A stretch of DNA of 64,000 nucleotides from Paracoccaceae bacterium (GCA_965242975.1 CBDETS010000007.1:5099563-5163562); one strand, 5' to 3'. Shown: positions 44,832 to 55,741, counted from the stretch's first letter. Notes: generated by a model not told the origin, from the sequence alone. Numbers and translations are program-made.

Positions 44832-45553
44832 CCTGACGCGCACTCGGCAATGACGTCACCTGCCTCCGATCGAGCTGCCAGGCGCTCCCACCGCTCGGCA
44901 CGCATGGGTTCGAACGCAATCTCGTCACCTGCCTCGAAAAGGAACACCGGGTCGCGGCCGGGATGAAAGCACAGTACGGGTGTGCGCCCGATCAGGTGCC
45001 AGCCGCTTGGCGATGGGATCGATCCGATGGCGGACTGGGCGCCGCCGATCGAGACCGACCCGCCCGGTATGCGTGTGCGCGGCGTATTCCGTCGCGGCGT
45101 TGCAAGCCGTGAATCAAGACCCCCGAGGTATGTAAACCCCGGCACGAAACCGATCATGTAGACCCGGTAGACCGAACCGGCATGAATCTCGACAACCTGT
45201 TCGGGAGTCAGGTCATGCCGTGCGGCCAGTTTGACGAGGTCCGCGCCATGGTCGCCGCCATAGACCACGGGCACCCGCCAGCGGCGCCCCGTGGCCGTTC
45301 CGGCGTGCGCCGCACGCGCAAGCCGTGCCAAGGACGAGGACAACGCCGCGTGTTCGGCGATCAACGGGTCGAGATGCACGAGCAGCGAGCGGTAGGTCGG
45401 GACGCATTCGACCACGCCCGGAAGCGCGGCTTCCCGCACTGCACGATCAAGCGCAATGACACGTTGATTGATAGCGGCATCAACCCTGTCGCCGAACTCC
45501 ACGGCAATGGCGGAGTCGCCGCAGGGAACGACACGGGGGTAGGCCGGAGTCAT
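44828..45553 (-). CDS. pxpB: 5-oxoprolinase subunit B (allophanate hydrolase subunit 1/KipI-like)
   Basis: 241 aa: ..VVPCGDSAIAVEFGD...VECVPTYRSLLVHLDP...GFVPGFTYLGGLD.. Confidence 0.85.
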   Translation of the reverse strand: MTPAYPRVVPCGDSAIAVEFGDRVDAAINQRVIALDRAVREAALPGVVECVPTYRSLLVHLDPLIAEHAALSSSLARLARAAHAGTATGRRWRVPVVYGGDHGADLVKLAARHDLTPEQVVEIHAGSVYRVYMIGFVPGFTYLGGLDSRLATPRRNTPRTRIPGGSVSIGGAQSAIGSIPSPSGWHLIGRTPVLCFHPGRDPVFLFEAGDEIAFEPMRAERWERLAARSEAGDVIAECASG

Positions 45554-46470
45554 TGCGGCGATGCCTCAAGGGCCTCAATCACCTTTCTGGCAGCTGCGAT
45601 GGCGGTGCGATCCAGCGCCTCCACCGCCGAGCCGCCGACATGAGGTGTCAAGATCAATTGCGGGCAGTCGAACAACGGGCTGTCCTTCGGTGGAGGTTCC
45701 GGCGAAAAGACATCGAGCGCTGCGCCGGAGAGCCGCCCACTCTGCAGGGCCGCGACGAGCGCCGTCTCGTCGAGGAGCGAGCCGCGCGCCGTGTTGACGA
45801 CAATGGCGCCCGGCCGCAACGCGTCGATCCGGGCGGCATCGAATCGACGGCTCGTGCCCGGTACGGAGTGAAGGGAGACGATATCGGAACGGGCGCACAG
45901 CATATCCATGTCCACCCGCTCGACACCGTCGCCGGCAAGGTCTGCATCCGAGGCGTGGGCGGTGACGGCAATGACGTGCATGTTGAAGGCGCGCGCCAGC
46001 GAAGCAACGCCGCGGGCAATTCGTCCGTAACCGACGAGTCCCAGTGTCTTCCCGGCGAGTTCGAACCCGGTCTGCCGGTATCGGAAGCCGAAATCATCCT
46101 TGCGCATGGCCAGGTTCGCCTGGGGAATCTGCCGTGCACAGGCGAGGATCAGGGCAATGGTGTGTTCGGCGACGGCAATGGTATTCGCACCCGGTGTGGA
46201 GGTCACCCGGATTCCCCTTGCTGCGGCAGCGGACTTGTCGATCGCGTCGGTGCCGGCGCCGTGGCTTACGATCACTTCAAGGTTTGGGGCGGCGGCGATT
46301 TCGATTGCCGACAGCCCGTGATTGCGCGTGATTACGGCGCGGGCGGTGGCCAGGTGCGGCTCGAGCGCCGCGATGTCGGTGGTGTCCGGAGTGCAGACCA
46401 TCAGCCCGGCGCCGCGCAGCAGATCCAGGCCCGGATCGGCAATCGGTTGAACAACGAGGCATTCGGTCAC
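45550..46470 (-). CDS. D-isomer-specific 2-hydroxyacid dehydrogenase family protein
   Basis: 306 aa. NAD-binding motif GLVGYGRIARGVA, and ..LILTPHVGGS... It overlaps both neighbours by 4 nt. Confidence 0.85.
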   Translation of the reverse strand: MTECLVVQPIADPGLDLLRGAGLMVCTPDTTDIAALEPHLATARAVITRNHGLSAIEIAAAPNLEVIVSHGAGTDAIDKSAAAARGIRVTSTPGANTIAVAEHTIALILACARQIPQANLAMRKDDFGFRYRQTGFELAGKTLGLVGYGRIARGVASLARAFNMHVIAVTAHASDADLAGDGVERVDMDMLCARSDIVSLHSVPGTSRRFDAARIDALRPGAIVVNTARGSLLDETALVAALQSGRLSGAALDVFSPEPPPKDSPLFDCPQLILTPHVGGSAVEALDRTAIAAARKVIEALEASPQ

Positions 46471-47741
46471 TGCGGCGGCTCCAGGCAGATCCTCATCAGA
46501 ACTCGTGCGGCAGCGGCGAAATCCTCGATATCCATGGATTCATCCGGATTGTGACTGCCGTTTTCGTTACGGATAAAGAGCATGCCAGTGGGAACGCCCA
46601 TCCCGGCAAAGACCGCCGCGTCATGACCCGCGCCACTGGGCATGGTGATCGCCGGTACGCCTTCGACGGAACACGCGGCTTCCAGGGCCGCAACGATCCT
46701 GCGATCCATCAAGGCAGGGAACGTCCCCGTTCGTGGACCGAGATCAAAGCGAACCGAGTACTGCCGGGACAGCCGCTCGACCAGACCGGTGAGTTCGGTC
46801 GCGACCCGTTCAAGTTTGCGTGAAGACTGGCTCCGGACATCAAGCGAGAATTCCACGCGGCCCGCTACCTTGCTGAATGCGTGCTCGGCAGGGTCGGTGG
46901 CAAGCTTGCCAAATGTGATCGCCAGGTCATCTCCATTCAGTTCGGCATCATCCCAGACCTCATCCATTTCCATCACCAGTGCAGCTGTTGCACGCACGGC
47001 GTCCTGCCTCAGGTGACGTGGCGTTGCACCCGAATGTGCGTAGCTGCCCGCGCAACTGGCTGACCGGTACCTGAAGGATCCCCGGATTCCGGTGACAATT
47101 CCCACGGGCTTGCCTTTCGTCACCAGGCACGGCCCCTGTTCGATGTGGGGTTCGATGAACAGGCCGATTTCCGCAGGGTCGAGTTGGGCCTCCCCTGCAT
47201 GAAGCCGGTCGACATGACCGCCTGCCGCCGCTATTGCCGCTCCAAGCGGCACGCCGTCCGAAGCACGGCGCACTTCGTTCAATTCCCTCGATTCGAGCTG
47301 CCCGAACGCGGCGCGGCTCCCGACATAGGAAGAGGCGAACCACGTGCTTTCCTCGGCGCGAATTGCCATCACCGAGATGTCGCGGGATGGCCGCAAACCC
47401 GCCCGTGCCAGACCGGACATCACGGAAAGCCCGCAGAGAACCCCTGCCGCACCGTCGAAGTTCCCGCCATGCGGGACCGAATCGAGATGCGAACCGATGA
47501 TGACGCGCTTCCCGGGCGTCCGGCCCGCCAGTGTCAGGTAGAGATTGCATGCCGCATCGGTCTCCACCCGAAACCCCAACCGCTCGCCTTCGCGGCAAAG
47601 CAGGTCATGCGCAATCTGCTCTCCCGCGCCAAACGAGGTACGGGTGATGCCACTCCCGTCGCCGGTTCGTGCGGCAAGTTCACGGAAAAGGCTGTCTGCC
47701 AGGTCAATGTCAGGCTCGGCAAGGGCGCTTGAAGTCATCAT
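46467..47741 (-). CDS. M20-family amidohydrolase (allantoate / N-carbamoyl-L-amino-acid amidohydrolase type)
   Basis: 424 aa: ..VIIGSHLDSVPHGGNFDGAAGVLCGL.. and ..EESTWF.. are typical of the AmaB/AllC group. Confidence 0.85.
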   Translation of the reverse strand: MMTSSALAEPDIDLADSLFRELAARTGDGSGITRTSFGAGEQIAHDLLCREGERLGFRVETDAACNLYLTLAGRTPGKRVIIGSHLDSVPHGGNFDGAAGVLCGLSVMSGLARAGLRPSRDISVMAIRAEESTWFASSYVGSRAAFGQLESRELNEVRRASDGVPLGAAIAAAGGHVDRLHAGEAQLDPAEIGLFIEPHIEQGPCLVTKGKPVGIVTGIRGSFRYRSASCAGSYAHSGATPRHLRQDAVRATAALVMEMDEVWDDAELNGDDLAITFGKLATDPAEHAFSKVAGRVEFSLDVRSQSSRKLERVATELTGLVERLSRQYSVRFDLGPRTGTFPALMDRRIVAALEAACSVEGVPAITMPSGAGHDAAVFAGMGVPTGMLFIRNENGSHNPDESMDIEDFAAAARVLMRICLEPPQ

Positions 47742-48248
47742 GGCAATTGCCTCGGGCCGCGGTCAGCCTCACGCCGATTTCGGGCCGTGGTTCCGGGCAG
47801 CAGTGATCTCCGGATCCCGGGCTGCCGCGACCCGATGCGCATGCAAACGATCGGGACGGAATCCAGCGCTTCCCGGAATCGTGACGGCGCCGGGCCGGGC
47901 GTCGTGTCTGTCCGGCGAACCGGGACCCCCGGGCTACCGGTCCGAAACCGCCCACATTGCAACAGGCAGGCGCATGCGTCGCCTGCCGTCAACAGCACGG
48001 TTTCAATCATGCGTAGATGCCGCAGGCCATTCTTCGGAAACCGCCCGTGTTCTCGCCAGCCGATCGAGTTTTCAAAGGAGTCCGTGCCCGGTTCCATTCC
48101 GGTCGATACCGCAAATTGCCGTGCCTCTGAGACCGGCCGACCAGTGACGTCGTGCAAGAGTTTAAGCCGATTGACGAAAGGCGGACCCAAATATAACCTG
48201 AATTTCAAAGATGAGGAAAGCCCGGACTCCGGGTTTGCAAGATCGTAT

Positions 48249-49427
48249 ATGACCACGGAACCGGGGTCCGCTCTGCCTTTCTCTCGGCAGGAGCATTTGG
48301 ACCGTCAGGCAAGGACGCGCTGCCGGCTACGGGAAGCCGGGTTCGACGCGATTCTCGTCTTTGCCCAGGAGAGCCACTACTGGCTGACCGGCTACGATAC
48401 GGGCGGATTTGTCTTTTTCCAGTGTGCCGTGGTCACCGCCGACGAACAGCCGATCGTTCTGCTGACCCGCCGCCCGGACCTTGTTCAGGCGCGCGTGACC
48501 AGCACGATCGAGGACATCCGCATCTGGTGGGATGCGGAGGACGCTGACCCGGCCCGTGAGTTGCAGGAAATCCTCGAGGAGATGGGTCTTCGCGGCAAGA
48601 GGATTGCCGTGGAACTGAATACCCACGGATTGACCGGGTGGAACCTTTGGCGGGTTCAGAACGCCCTCGAGGGTTTCTGCACGCTTGATGACGACAATCA
48701 CCTGATCCGGAGACTTCGCCTGGTCAAGTCGCCGGCGGAGATCGCGTATACCCGCAAGGCGGCCGAGATTCTCGACCGTTCGCTGAATGCAGTCATCGCC
48801 GTCGCTCGCCCCGGCATCCTCGATTCCGAGATCAAGGCGGAGTACCTGCGTTCGGTTCTTTGCGATGGCGCCGACATGCCGCCGAACGCCCCGCTGTTCA
48901 ATTCCGGCACGCGCGCAACCTATGGCCGGGGCGTTTCCGCGCCGCGCGTGATCCAGGAACAGGACCAGTTGCTCGTCGAGTATCCGGTCGCCTACCGCCG
49001 CTACAACGTGAAGACCGAATGGACGATCCTGTTCGGAACGCCGGATCCGCGGCACGTGCACATGTATGACGCGGCGCGGGCGACGCTGGAGCGGATGACG
49101 AAAATCGCGCGCCCGGGATGCACGCTCGGAGAAATCTTCGACGCGCACGCGGAGGGGCTGGACTCAGCGGGCTATGCCCGGCATCGCTACGGGGCAACCG
49201 GTTACTCCGTCGGATGCACGTTTGCTCCGACGAGCATGGATGTTCCACCGATGATCTATCCCGGCAACCCGACCGTGTGCGAGCCTGGAATGACCTTGTT
49301 TTATCACGTCATGATCGGAGATTCAGATACCGGATTTGGCATGGGCGTGGGCCATACCCTTTTGGTTACCGAAGGTGCACCGGAGGTGCTGACCGGGTTG
49401 CCCGGCGAACTGACAATAATAGACTGA
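48249..49427 (+). CDS. M24-family metallopeptidase (creatinase / Xaa-Pro peptidase-like), paralogue of 41113..42246
   Basis: MTTEPGSALPFSRQEHLDRQARTRCRLREAGFDAILVFAQESHYWLTGY...VKSPAEIAYTRKAA... The upstream 154 codons of track ORF 47787..49427 are not protein-like. Confidence 0.85.
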   Translation: MTTEPGSALPFSRQEHLDRQARTRCRLREAGFDAILVFAQESHYWLTGYDTGGFVFFQCAVVTADEQPIVLLTRRPDLVQARVTSTIEDIRIWWDAEDADPARELQEILEEMGLRGKRIAVELNTHGLTGWNLWRVQNALEGFCTLDDDNHLIRRLRLVKSPAEIAYTRKAAEILDRSLNAVIAVARPGILDSEIKAEYLRSVLCDGADMPPNAPLFNSGTRATYGRGVSAPRVIQEQDQLLVEYPVAYRRYNVKTEWTILFGTPDPRHVHMYDAARATLERMTKIARPGCTLGEIFDAHAEGLDSAGYARHRYGATGYSVGCTFAPTSMDVPPMIYPGNPTVCEPGMTLFYHVMIGDSDTGFGMGVGHTLLVTEGAPEVLTGLPGELTIID

Positions 49428-49470
49428 GGCGGCAAAGACGCCGCACATTGGCAACAAAGGAGGAATTGCC

Positions 49471-51014
49471 ATGAAGAACTTGATGGCCAACCGCAGGCAG
49501 GTTGTGATCGGACTGGCGGCAGCGTCAGCTGTTCCAACTGTCGGTTTTGCGCAGTCGGGGACGCCGACGTACGGCGGGACGCTGAAGATCAGCCATTCGA
49601 CCCGAATTGCCACGCTGAACGTGATGCAACTGTCCGGACCGGCGGAGTACCCCTGTGTGGACATGCTCTATTCCGGCCTGACACGGATCGAACCCGGCAG
49701 AAACTCGGCAGGTCCCGATCTCGCGACAAGCTGGGAGGCTAACGAGGATGCCACGCAGTTCACCTACAACCTGCGCCAGGGGGTCACGTTCCACGACGGA
49801 ACACCGTTCACGTCGGCCGACGTCGTGGCGACTTTCGAGGCGATCCTCGACGCTGATTTCGGCTCGCCGGCCCGGTCGGTTCTCGACGTAATCGAGACTG
49901 TGGAGGCGGTCGACGATCACACGGTCCGGTTCAACCTTAACGCGCCGTACGCCGACCTGCCCATTTCGACCGCCCATGCCAATGCGCGGATCGTGTCGGC
50001 GGCGGCACTTTCCGGTGACCTTGCCGATCTTGAGACCAAGCCCAACGGGACAGGACCGTTCAAGCTGGAAAGCTATGATTCGGCCAGGATCACACGTCTG
50101 GTCCGCAACGACAGCTACTACAAGGAAGGCCAGCCATATCTTGACGCCGTCGAGATGCACCTGTTCCCCGACCTTGCGGCAGAAACCGCGAACTACCTGT
50201 CCGGAAATGTTGACGTGATGCTCAACGTCCAGCAGGCAGACTTCGCGCGCATTGCCGCGGCCGAGGGCAGCAACGCGCTGCGCGTGCCGGCGGGCCGCTA
50301 CGTCAATGTCGTCATGCGCCAGGACCAGCCACCGTTCGACGACGTCCGGTTGAGAAAGGCATTGGCACTTTCGGTCGATCGCCAGCTCCTCGTGGACCTG
50401 GTGCTCGAGGGACTTGGCCGTCCGGCCTATGACAACATCCTGTCGCCGGAATTCCAGTATGCCATCGACACGCCGAGATTCCCTACGATCCGGCTGCCGC
50501 AAAGGCCCTTCTCGCCGAAGCGGGATATCCGGACGGAATCAGCCTCACGATGGTGGCCTCGAACCGCCCGGCGATCCGCGGGCAGGTTGCAATCGCGATC
50601 AAGGAGATGGCCCGACCGGCCGGCTTCGACATTGAGGTCGAGGCAATGCCGCACGACACCTACCTCGCGAACGTCTGGCGCAAGGGCAATTTCTACATGG
50701 CCTACTGGGGGATGCAGCCCACCGAGGATGCGACCTTCAACCTGCTCCTGACCTCGTCAGCGTCATACGAGGATACAGCCTGGTTCAACGAGGAGTTCGA
50801 CGAACTCGTCCGCCGCGGACGGTCAACGGCGGATCCGGCAGAACGCGCCGCGATCTACGCGAAGGCGCAAGAGATCCAGCTCCGCGATACGCCCTACATC
50901 ATCGCGATGTACCAGGATGTCCTGACCGCCAGCCGTGACTGGGTGATGGGCTGGACGGTTCATCCGCTGAACCGGGTCTTCTTCGTCGAAGATGTCTGGC
51001 TCGACCGGGGCTGA
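49471..51014 (+). pseudogene. ABC transporter substrate-binding protein, family 5, interrupted by a single frameshift
   Basis: ORF 49471..50751 is SBP-like up to ..EFQYAIDTP (about 50475). The conserved continuation IPYDPAAAKALLAEAGYPDGISLTMVASNRP... is in the frame of ORF 50550..51014. The signal peptide is present. Confidence 0.8.
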
Positions 51015-51017
51015 CGT

Positions 51018-51968
51018 GTGAGCCCAGCCTATCTGCTGCGCCGCCTTCTGGCGGTGGCGCTCGTGCTCTGGATCGTGACGATCGCGGTATTCGCGATCAC
51101 CATGATCCTGCCTGGCAATGCCGCCATCATGATCCTGGGCGAGTACGCGACGCCCGATCAGGTGGCGGCGCTGGAAGAAAGGCTGGGCCTCAACCGTCCC
51201 GCGGCCATCCAGTACTTCGAATGGCTGTTCAACCTGCTGCAGGGGGATTTCGGAATGTCCCTGCGGCTGTCCCTTCCCGTGTCAGAAGTCGTCGGATCGG
51301 CGTTCAGGAATTCTGCAATGCTGGCGGCAACCGCCCTGGTCACGGTTACGGTGGTTGCCGTGCCGATCGGGATGCTGGCTGCCGTCAAGCGTGGCACCAA
51401 GGCCGATCTCGGCATCAGCCTGGTTGCCTATGTGGGTACGGCAATGCCGGAGTTCGTAACCGCGACGCTGCTTCTGGTGATCTTTGCGGCACCGGGGAAC
51501 CCGCTCCTTCCGGCAGGCGGATTCATCCCGCCGAGCGAGAGCGTTGCCGGGTTCTTCAATCACGTGATCCTGCCCGCAGGGGCGCTGGGACTGATCCTGA
51601 CTGCGCATATCGCCCGGCAGGTGCGTTCCGAGATGTCGGATGTTCTCTCAAGCGACTACATTCGCGCCGCCCGGTTGAAGGGCCTGCACGAACGCCGCGT
51701 CATCCGCGGTCATGCCTTGCCGAATTCGCTTGCGCCGGCAGTCGCGGTGATTTCGCTCGACATCGGTTACCTTCTCGGCGGAATCATCGTTGTCGAGGAG
51801 ATATTTGCCTGGCCCGGCCTTGGCCGACTGCTGATCCTGGCCCTCGAGAACCGCGATCTGCCCGTGATCCAGGCAATCACGCTGTTGCTGGCAATGGTGT
51901 ACGCACTGTCAAACCTGCTGTCGGATATCGTGATCGCGGCCCTCGACCCGAGGGTCCGGTATGAATGA
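51018..51968 (+). CDS. ABC transporter permease (DppB-like)
   Basis: 316 aa with a GTG start: ..AYLLRRLLAVALVLWIVTIAVFAI.. Confidence 0.9.
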   Translation: MSPAYLLRRLLAVALVLWIVTIAVFAITMILPGNAAIMILGEYATPDQVAALEERLGLNRPAAIQYFEWLFNLLQGDFGMSLRLSLPVSEVVGSAFRNSAMLAATALVTVTVVAVPIGMLAAVKRGTKADLGISLVAYVGTAMPEFVTATLLLVIFAAPGNPLLPAGGFIPPSESVAGFFNHVILPAGALGLILTAHIARQVRSEMSDVLSSDYIRAARLKGLHERRVIRGHALPNSLAPAVAVISLDIGYLLGGIIVVEEIFAWPGLGRLLILALENRDLPVIQAITLLLAMVYALSNLLSDIVIAALDPRVRYE

Positions 51969-52782
51969 ATTGATCCGCCACCCGACCGGCATGGTCGGAG
52001 CAGGGCTTTTGACGATCATCGCCCTTGCCGTGATCCTCGGACCGTTCCTTGCTCCCTATGACCCGCAGGCCTTTCACCCGGCGGTCCGGTTGACCGGCCC
52101 GTCCGTGGCGCACTGGCTTGGAACCGACCAGTTCGGCAGGGACATATTGTCGCGCCTGTTGACGGGTGCAAGTCCGACTATTCTCTTCGGCGTTGGCGCG
52201 ACGGCTCTCGGGGTATTGGCCGGTTCGATAATCGGAGTCACGGCGGCCGTGGCCGGAGGTTGGATCGACAGCGTGATCATGCGTACACTTGACGGTCTTC
52301 TTGCCGTGCCGGACCTGCTGTTCACCCTGCTCATCGTCACCATACTCGGAGGCGGCATCGGAGAGGCCATGCTTGCCGTTGCCGTTGCATTCACCCCGGG
52401 CATGGCGCGCATTGCCCGGTCGTCGGTGCTCTCGATCCGAACCCGGGAATACATTCTCGCGGCCATAGCCCGCGACGAAAGCCGGGCCTACATCATCGTT
52501 CAGGAAGTCATCCCCAACGCCATCGGACCGATAATCGTCGAGGCGACGATTCGGGTTTCGTTCGCAATCATGATCGGGGCGACTCTCGGCTTTCTCGGCC
52601 TCGGTGCGCAGCCTCCGAGCACCGAGTGGGGCCTGATGGTCGCCGAGGCACGCCAGTACATGTACCGTTCGCCCTGGGTCGTCGCCGTACCGGGCATCGC
52701 AATCGCCGTTGCGGCACTCGGGTTCAACCTTTTCGGGGATGCACTGCGCGATGCCTTCGACCCGAAGCGGAGGCGTCGCTGA
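51961..52782 (+). CDS. ABC transporter permease (DppC-like)
   Basis: 273 aa: ..HWLGTDQFGRDILSRLLTGA.. It overlaps the previous gene by 8 nt. Confidence 0.9.
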   Translation: MNELIRHPTGMVGAGLLTIIALAVILGPFLAPYDPQAFHPAVRLTGPSVAHWLGTDQFGRDILSRLLTGASPTILFGVGATALGVLAGSIIGVTAAVAGGWIDSVIMRTLDGLLAVPDLLFTLLIVTILGGGIGEAMLAVAVAFTPGMARIARSSVLSIRTREYILAAIARDESRAYIIVQEVIPNAIGPIIVEATIRVSFAIMIGATLGFLGLGAQPPSTEWGLMVAEARQYMYRSPWVVAVPGIAIAVAALGFNLFGDALRDAFDPKRRRR

Positions 52783-54443
52783 TGGCGAAGGAGGAAGGAG
52801 CCGGAAAGCGCCACCCGGTGCTCGAGGTCCGGGACTATTCGCTCGCCTATGGAACGCCGACCGGGCCGATCGACGCCCTGAGGAACGTGACCTTGTCGAT
52901 CCGGCCTGGACGAACGCTGGGTCTCGTCGGCGAGTCGGGTTCCGGAAAGACCTCACTGGCCTGGGCGATCATGCGGTACCTGCCGGCCAATGCCGTCGAG
53001 CGGTCGGGGCAGATTCTGCTTCTCGGAGAGGACCTGCGTGCAAAGTCGCTCGAGGAAATCCAGAACTTGCGCGGCCGCCGAATCAGCATGGTGTTCCAGG
53101 ACCCCGGCACCTCGCTGAATCCCGTGTTGCGCCTTGGCGACCAGGTCGCCGAGGTGCTTGTGCGCCACCGGTCCCTGACCCGGAAAGAGGCCCGTGACGA
53201 GGGCGAGGCGTGGCTGGCCCGAACCGGCATCAGCCGCCCGTCCGACATGATGAACCGCTATCCTCACGAGGCTTCGGGAGGGGAAAAGCAGCGGGTCGTG
53301 ATTGCCACCGCCTTCGCGTGCAATCCCGAAATGATCATCTTTGACGAACCCACGACGGCACTGGACATCATAACCGCTCGCCAGATTCTCGACCTGTTCG
53401 ATGACCTGCACGACGAGACCGGAGTCACTGCCCTCTACATTTCGCACGACCTTGGGCTGGTTTCGCGCATCGCCCAGGACGTGGCGGTGATCAACCAGGG
53501 CGAAATCGTGGAACTCGGTCCGTGCGAGCACGTGTTCGTCCGCCCGCGGAACGGCTACACCCGGGACCTTGTCGCCGCAGTGCCGCATCCCGACCACCGC
53601 ATCGTGACCACGGAGCCTGACGGCGGAGGCGACCTGCTCAAGCTGGATGGGGTCAACGTCAGGTATGGACGGGGGAAAAACGTTCTGGACTTTCTCCAGC
53701 CCAGGCGCGAGGTGGTGCACGGTGCCCGGGACGTCTCTTTCGGTCTGCGGGCCGGGGAGATACTCGGGATCGTCGGCGAATCCGGTTCCGGAAAATCAAC
53801 GATCGCCAAGGCGCTGGTCGGATTGCAGGATTTCGAGGGCTCGGTTTCATTCGGGACGAAATCGTATTCCGGCCGTCGCAGGATCGACCGCGCCTACCGG
53901 CGGGCCGTGCAGATCGTCTTTCAGCATCCCGACGCATCCCTGAACCCGCGCCAGACCATCGGCAAGATCCTGTCGCGCCCGCTGAAACTCTATGATCTCG
54001 CGCCGCGCTCCGAATGGGCCCGGCGCGTGTGTGAACTCCTGCAGAGCGTGCTCTTGCCGGAAGACTATGCGAAGCGGTTCCCGCATGAACTTTCAGGGGG
54101 CGAAAAGCAGCGCGTTGCCATTGCCCGCGCTTTTGCGGCCGAACCGCAACTGGTGATCTGCGACGAAATCACGTCATCGCTCGATGTCTCGGTGCAGGCG
54201 TCCGTAGCCCGGTTGCTCGTCGAGTTGCAACAGCAGACCGGTACCGCCTGCCTGTTCATTACCCATGATCTCAACCTGGTGCGCCAACTCGCTCACCGAA
54301 TTGCAGTCATGCAGAATGGTGACCTCGTGGATCTTTTCGATTCGTCGGAGGCTCGTGCCCCGGGCCGTCACCCCTACACGACACAGCTGCTCGATGCGGT
54401 TCCGGTTCCGGTCGAGCCAGAAGACGCAGCGGGGGCCGCATGA
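52782..54443 (+). CDS. Fused double-NBD ABC transporter ATPase (DppD-DppF fusion)
   Basis: The ATG at 52782 shares one base with the previous TGA. Two Walker A motifs (GESGSGKTS and GESGSGKST) and two signatures (ASGGEKQR and LSGGEKQR) lie in one 553-aa chain. Confidence 0.9.
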   Translation: MAKEEGAGKRHPVLEVRDYSLAYGTPTGPIDALRNVTLSIRPGRTLGLVGESGSGKTSLAWAIMRYLPANAVERSGQILLLGEDLRAKSLEEIQNLRGRRISMVFQDPGTSLNPVLRLGDQVAEVLVRHRSLTRKEARDEGEAWLARTGISRPSDMMNRYPHEASGGEKQRVVIATAFACNPEMIIFDEPTTALDIITARQILDLFDDLHDETGVTALYISHDLGLVSRIAQDVAVINQGEIVELGPCEHVFVRPRNGYTRDLVAAVPHPDHRIVTTEPDGGGDLLKLDGVNVRYGRGKNVLDFLQPRREVVHGARDVSFGLRAGEILGIVGESGSGKSTIAKALVGLQDFEGSVSFGTKSYSGRRRIDRAYRRAVQIVFQHPDASLNPRQTIGKILSRPLKLYDLAPRSEWARRVCELLQSVLLPEDYAKRFPHELSGGEKQRVAIARAFAAEPQLVICDEITSSLDVSVQASVARLLVELQQQTGTACLFITHDLNLVRQLAHRIAVMQNGDLVDLFDSSEARAPGRHPYTTQLLDAVPVPVEPEDAAGAA

Positions 54444-55741
54444 AGGATCCATTGGCCGTCGCCCGGAACATCGATGAAGCCGCCTGCCTTGAGACGCTGT
54501 CGGAAATGGTGCGTTTCAAGAGCTATTCGGAAACACCGGGGGAGCGAAAGCTCGCCGAACGCATGGTGGAGATCATGCGGGGGATCGGGCTGGAAGCAGA
54601 ATTGCAGCCGGTCGAGGGAAACCGGGTCAACGCCATCGGTATCTGGCGCGGTACGGGCAAGGACAATGGCAAGAGCCTGATGTTCAACGGCCACCTCGAT
54701 ACCAACCCGGTTACCGAGGGCTGGAGCGTCGACCCGTGGGGCGGGCTCGTGGATGACGATTTCATCTACGGCATTGGCGTGTCGAACATGAAGGCGGGTG
54801 ATGCCGCGTCGCTGTGCGCCGTGCGTTCCCTGATGAATGCCGGACTGAAGCCGGTGGGAGACGTGGTCCTCACCTATGTCGTGGGCGAATTGCAGGGTGG
54901 GGTCGGTACGCTTGCAGCGCTGAAACAGGGCGTGCGTGCAGACTATTTCGTCAACTCCGAACCCACGGACCTGCAGGCCCTGACGATGCACGCGGCGGCA
55001 TTCGTCTTTCACATCGAACTCGAAGGCATGACCCGCCACATGTCGAAACGGGAAGAAGCGGTCGACGCGATTCGGGCAGCCTGTGACCTGGTTCCGAGGC
55101 TCACGGGCCTGACCTTTTCCGATGCCCCGAACGAGGACGTCCGCTCGATCAACAGGGTACATGTCGGAACGATCAGGGGCGCACTGTCGCGCGATTTTCA
55201 CGAGTGGCGCGCACCGCAGGTTGCCGATTTCGTGCACATGTCGGGTTCGGGCCGCTACGGCCCCGGCCAGACCGAGGCGCGGGCCGTGGCCGACATCCGG
55301 GATGTCCTCGACCAGTTGGAAGCCGAGCGGCCCGGACTCCGAACGAATGTCTGGACCGAGACGCGCGCCGACAAACCGGCCATGCCTGCGTTCGAAGTGT
55401 CCAGGGATTCCAGAATCGTCAAGGCCATCAACGCGGCGCATCTCGCGATCCGAGGTGCGGAACAGCCCACCGGCACGATAACGCCGCCCGGATTCTATGG
55501 TACGGATGCCGGCCACCTGTATGTCGAAGGCGGTATGGAAGGTATCGTCTGCGGCCCGGGCGGGCGATACAATACGATGCCGGATGAACGCGTCGACCGC
55601 GACGATTATCTCGACATGATCCGCATCTACATGATGACGATCTGCGATATCTGCGGGGTGGAGCAGGCCGCGACCGACCATGGCATCGGGAAGACGTTCC
55701 CCGACAGGTCGCAACAGTGTTCCGGGCGAATCCTTCGGTGA
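54440..55741 (+). CDS. M20-family metallohydrolase (ArgE/DapE/CPG2 type)
   Basis: 433 aa: ..LMFNGHLDTNPVTEGWSVDPWGG...GIGVSNMKAG.. ATGA overlap with the ATPase gene. Confidence 0.85.
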   Translation: MKDPLAVARNIDEAACLETLSEMVRFKSYSETPGERKLAERMVEIMRGIGLEAELQPVEGNRVNAIGIWRGTGKDNGKSLMFNGHLDTNPVTEGWSVDPWGGLVDDDFIYGIGVSNMKAGDAASLCAVRSLMNAGLKPVGDVVLTYVVGELQGGVGTLAALKQGVRADYFVNSEPTDLQALTMHAAAFVFHIELEGMTRHMSKREEAVDAIRAACDLVPRLTGLTFSDAPNEDVRSINRVHVGTIRGALSRDFHEWRAPQVADFVHMSGSGRYGPGQTEARAVADIRDVLDQLEAERPGLRTNVWTETRADKPAMPAFEVSRDSRIVKAINAAHLAIRGAEQPTGTITPPGFYGTDAGHLYVEGGMEGIVCGPGGRYNTMPDERVDRDDYLDMIRIYMMTICDICGVEQAATDHGIGKTFPDRSQQCSGRILR

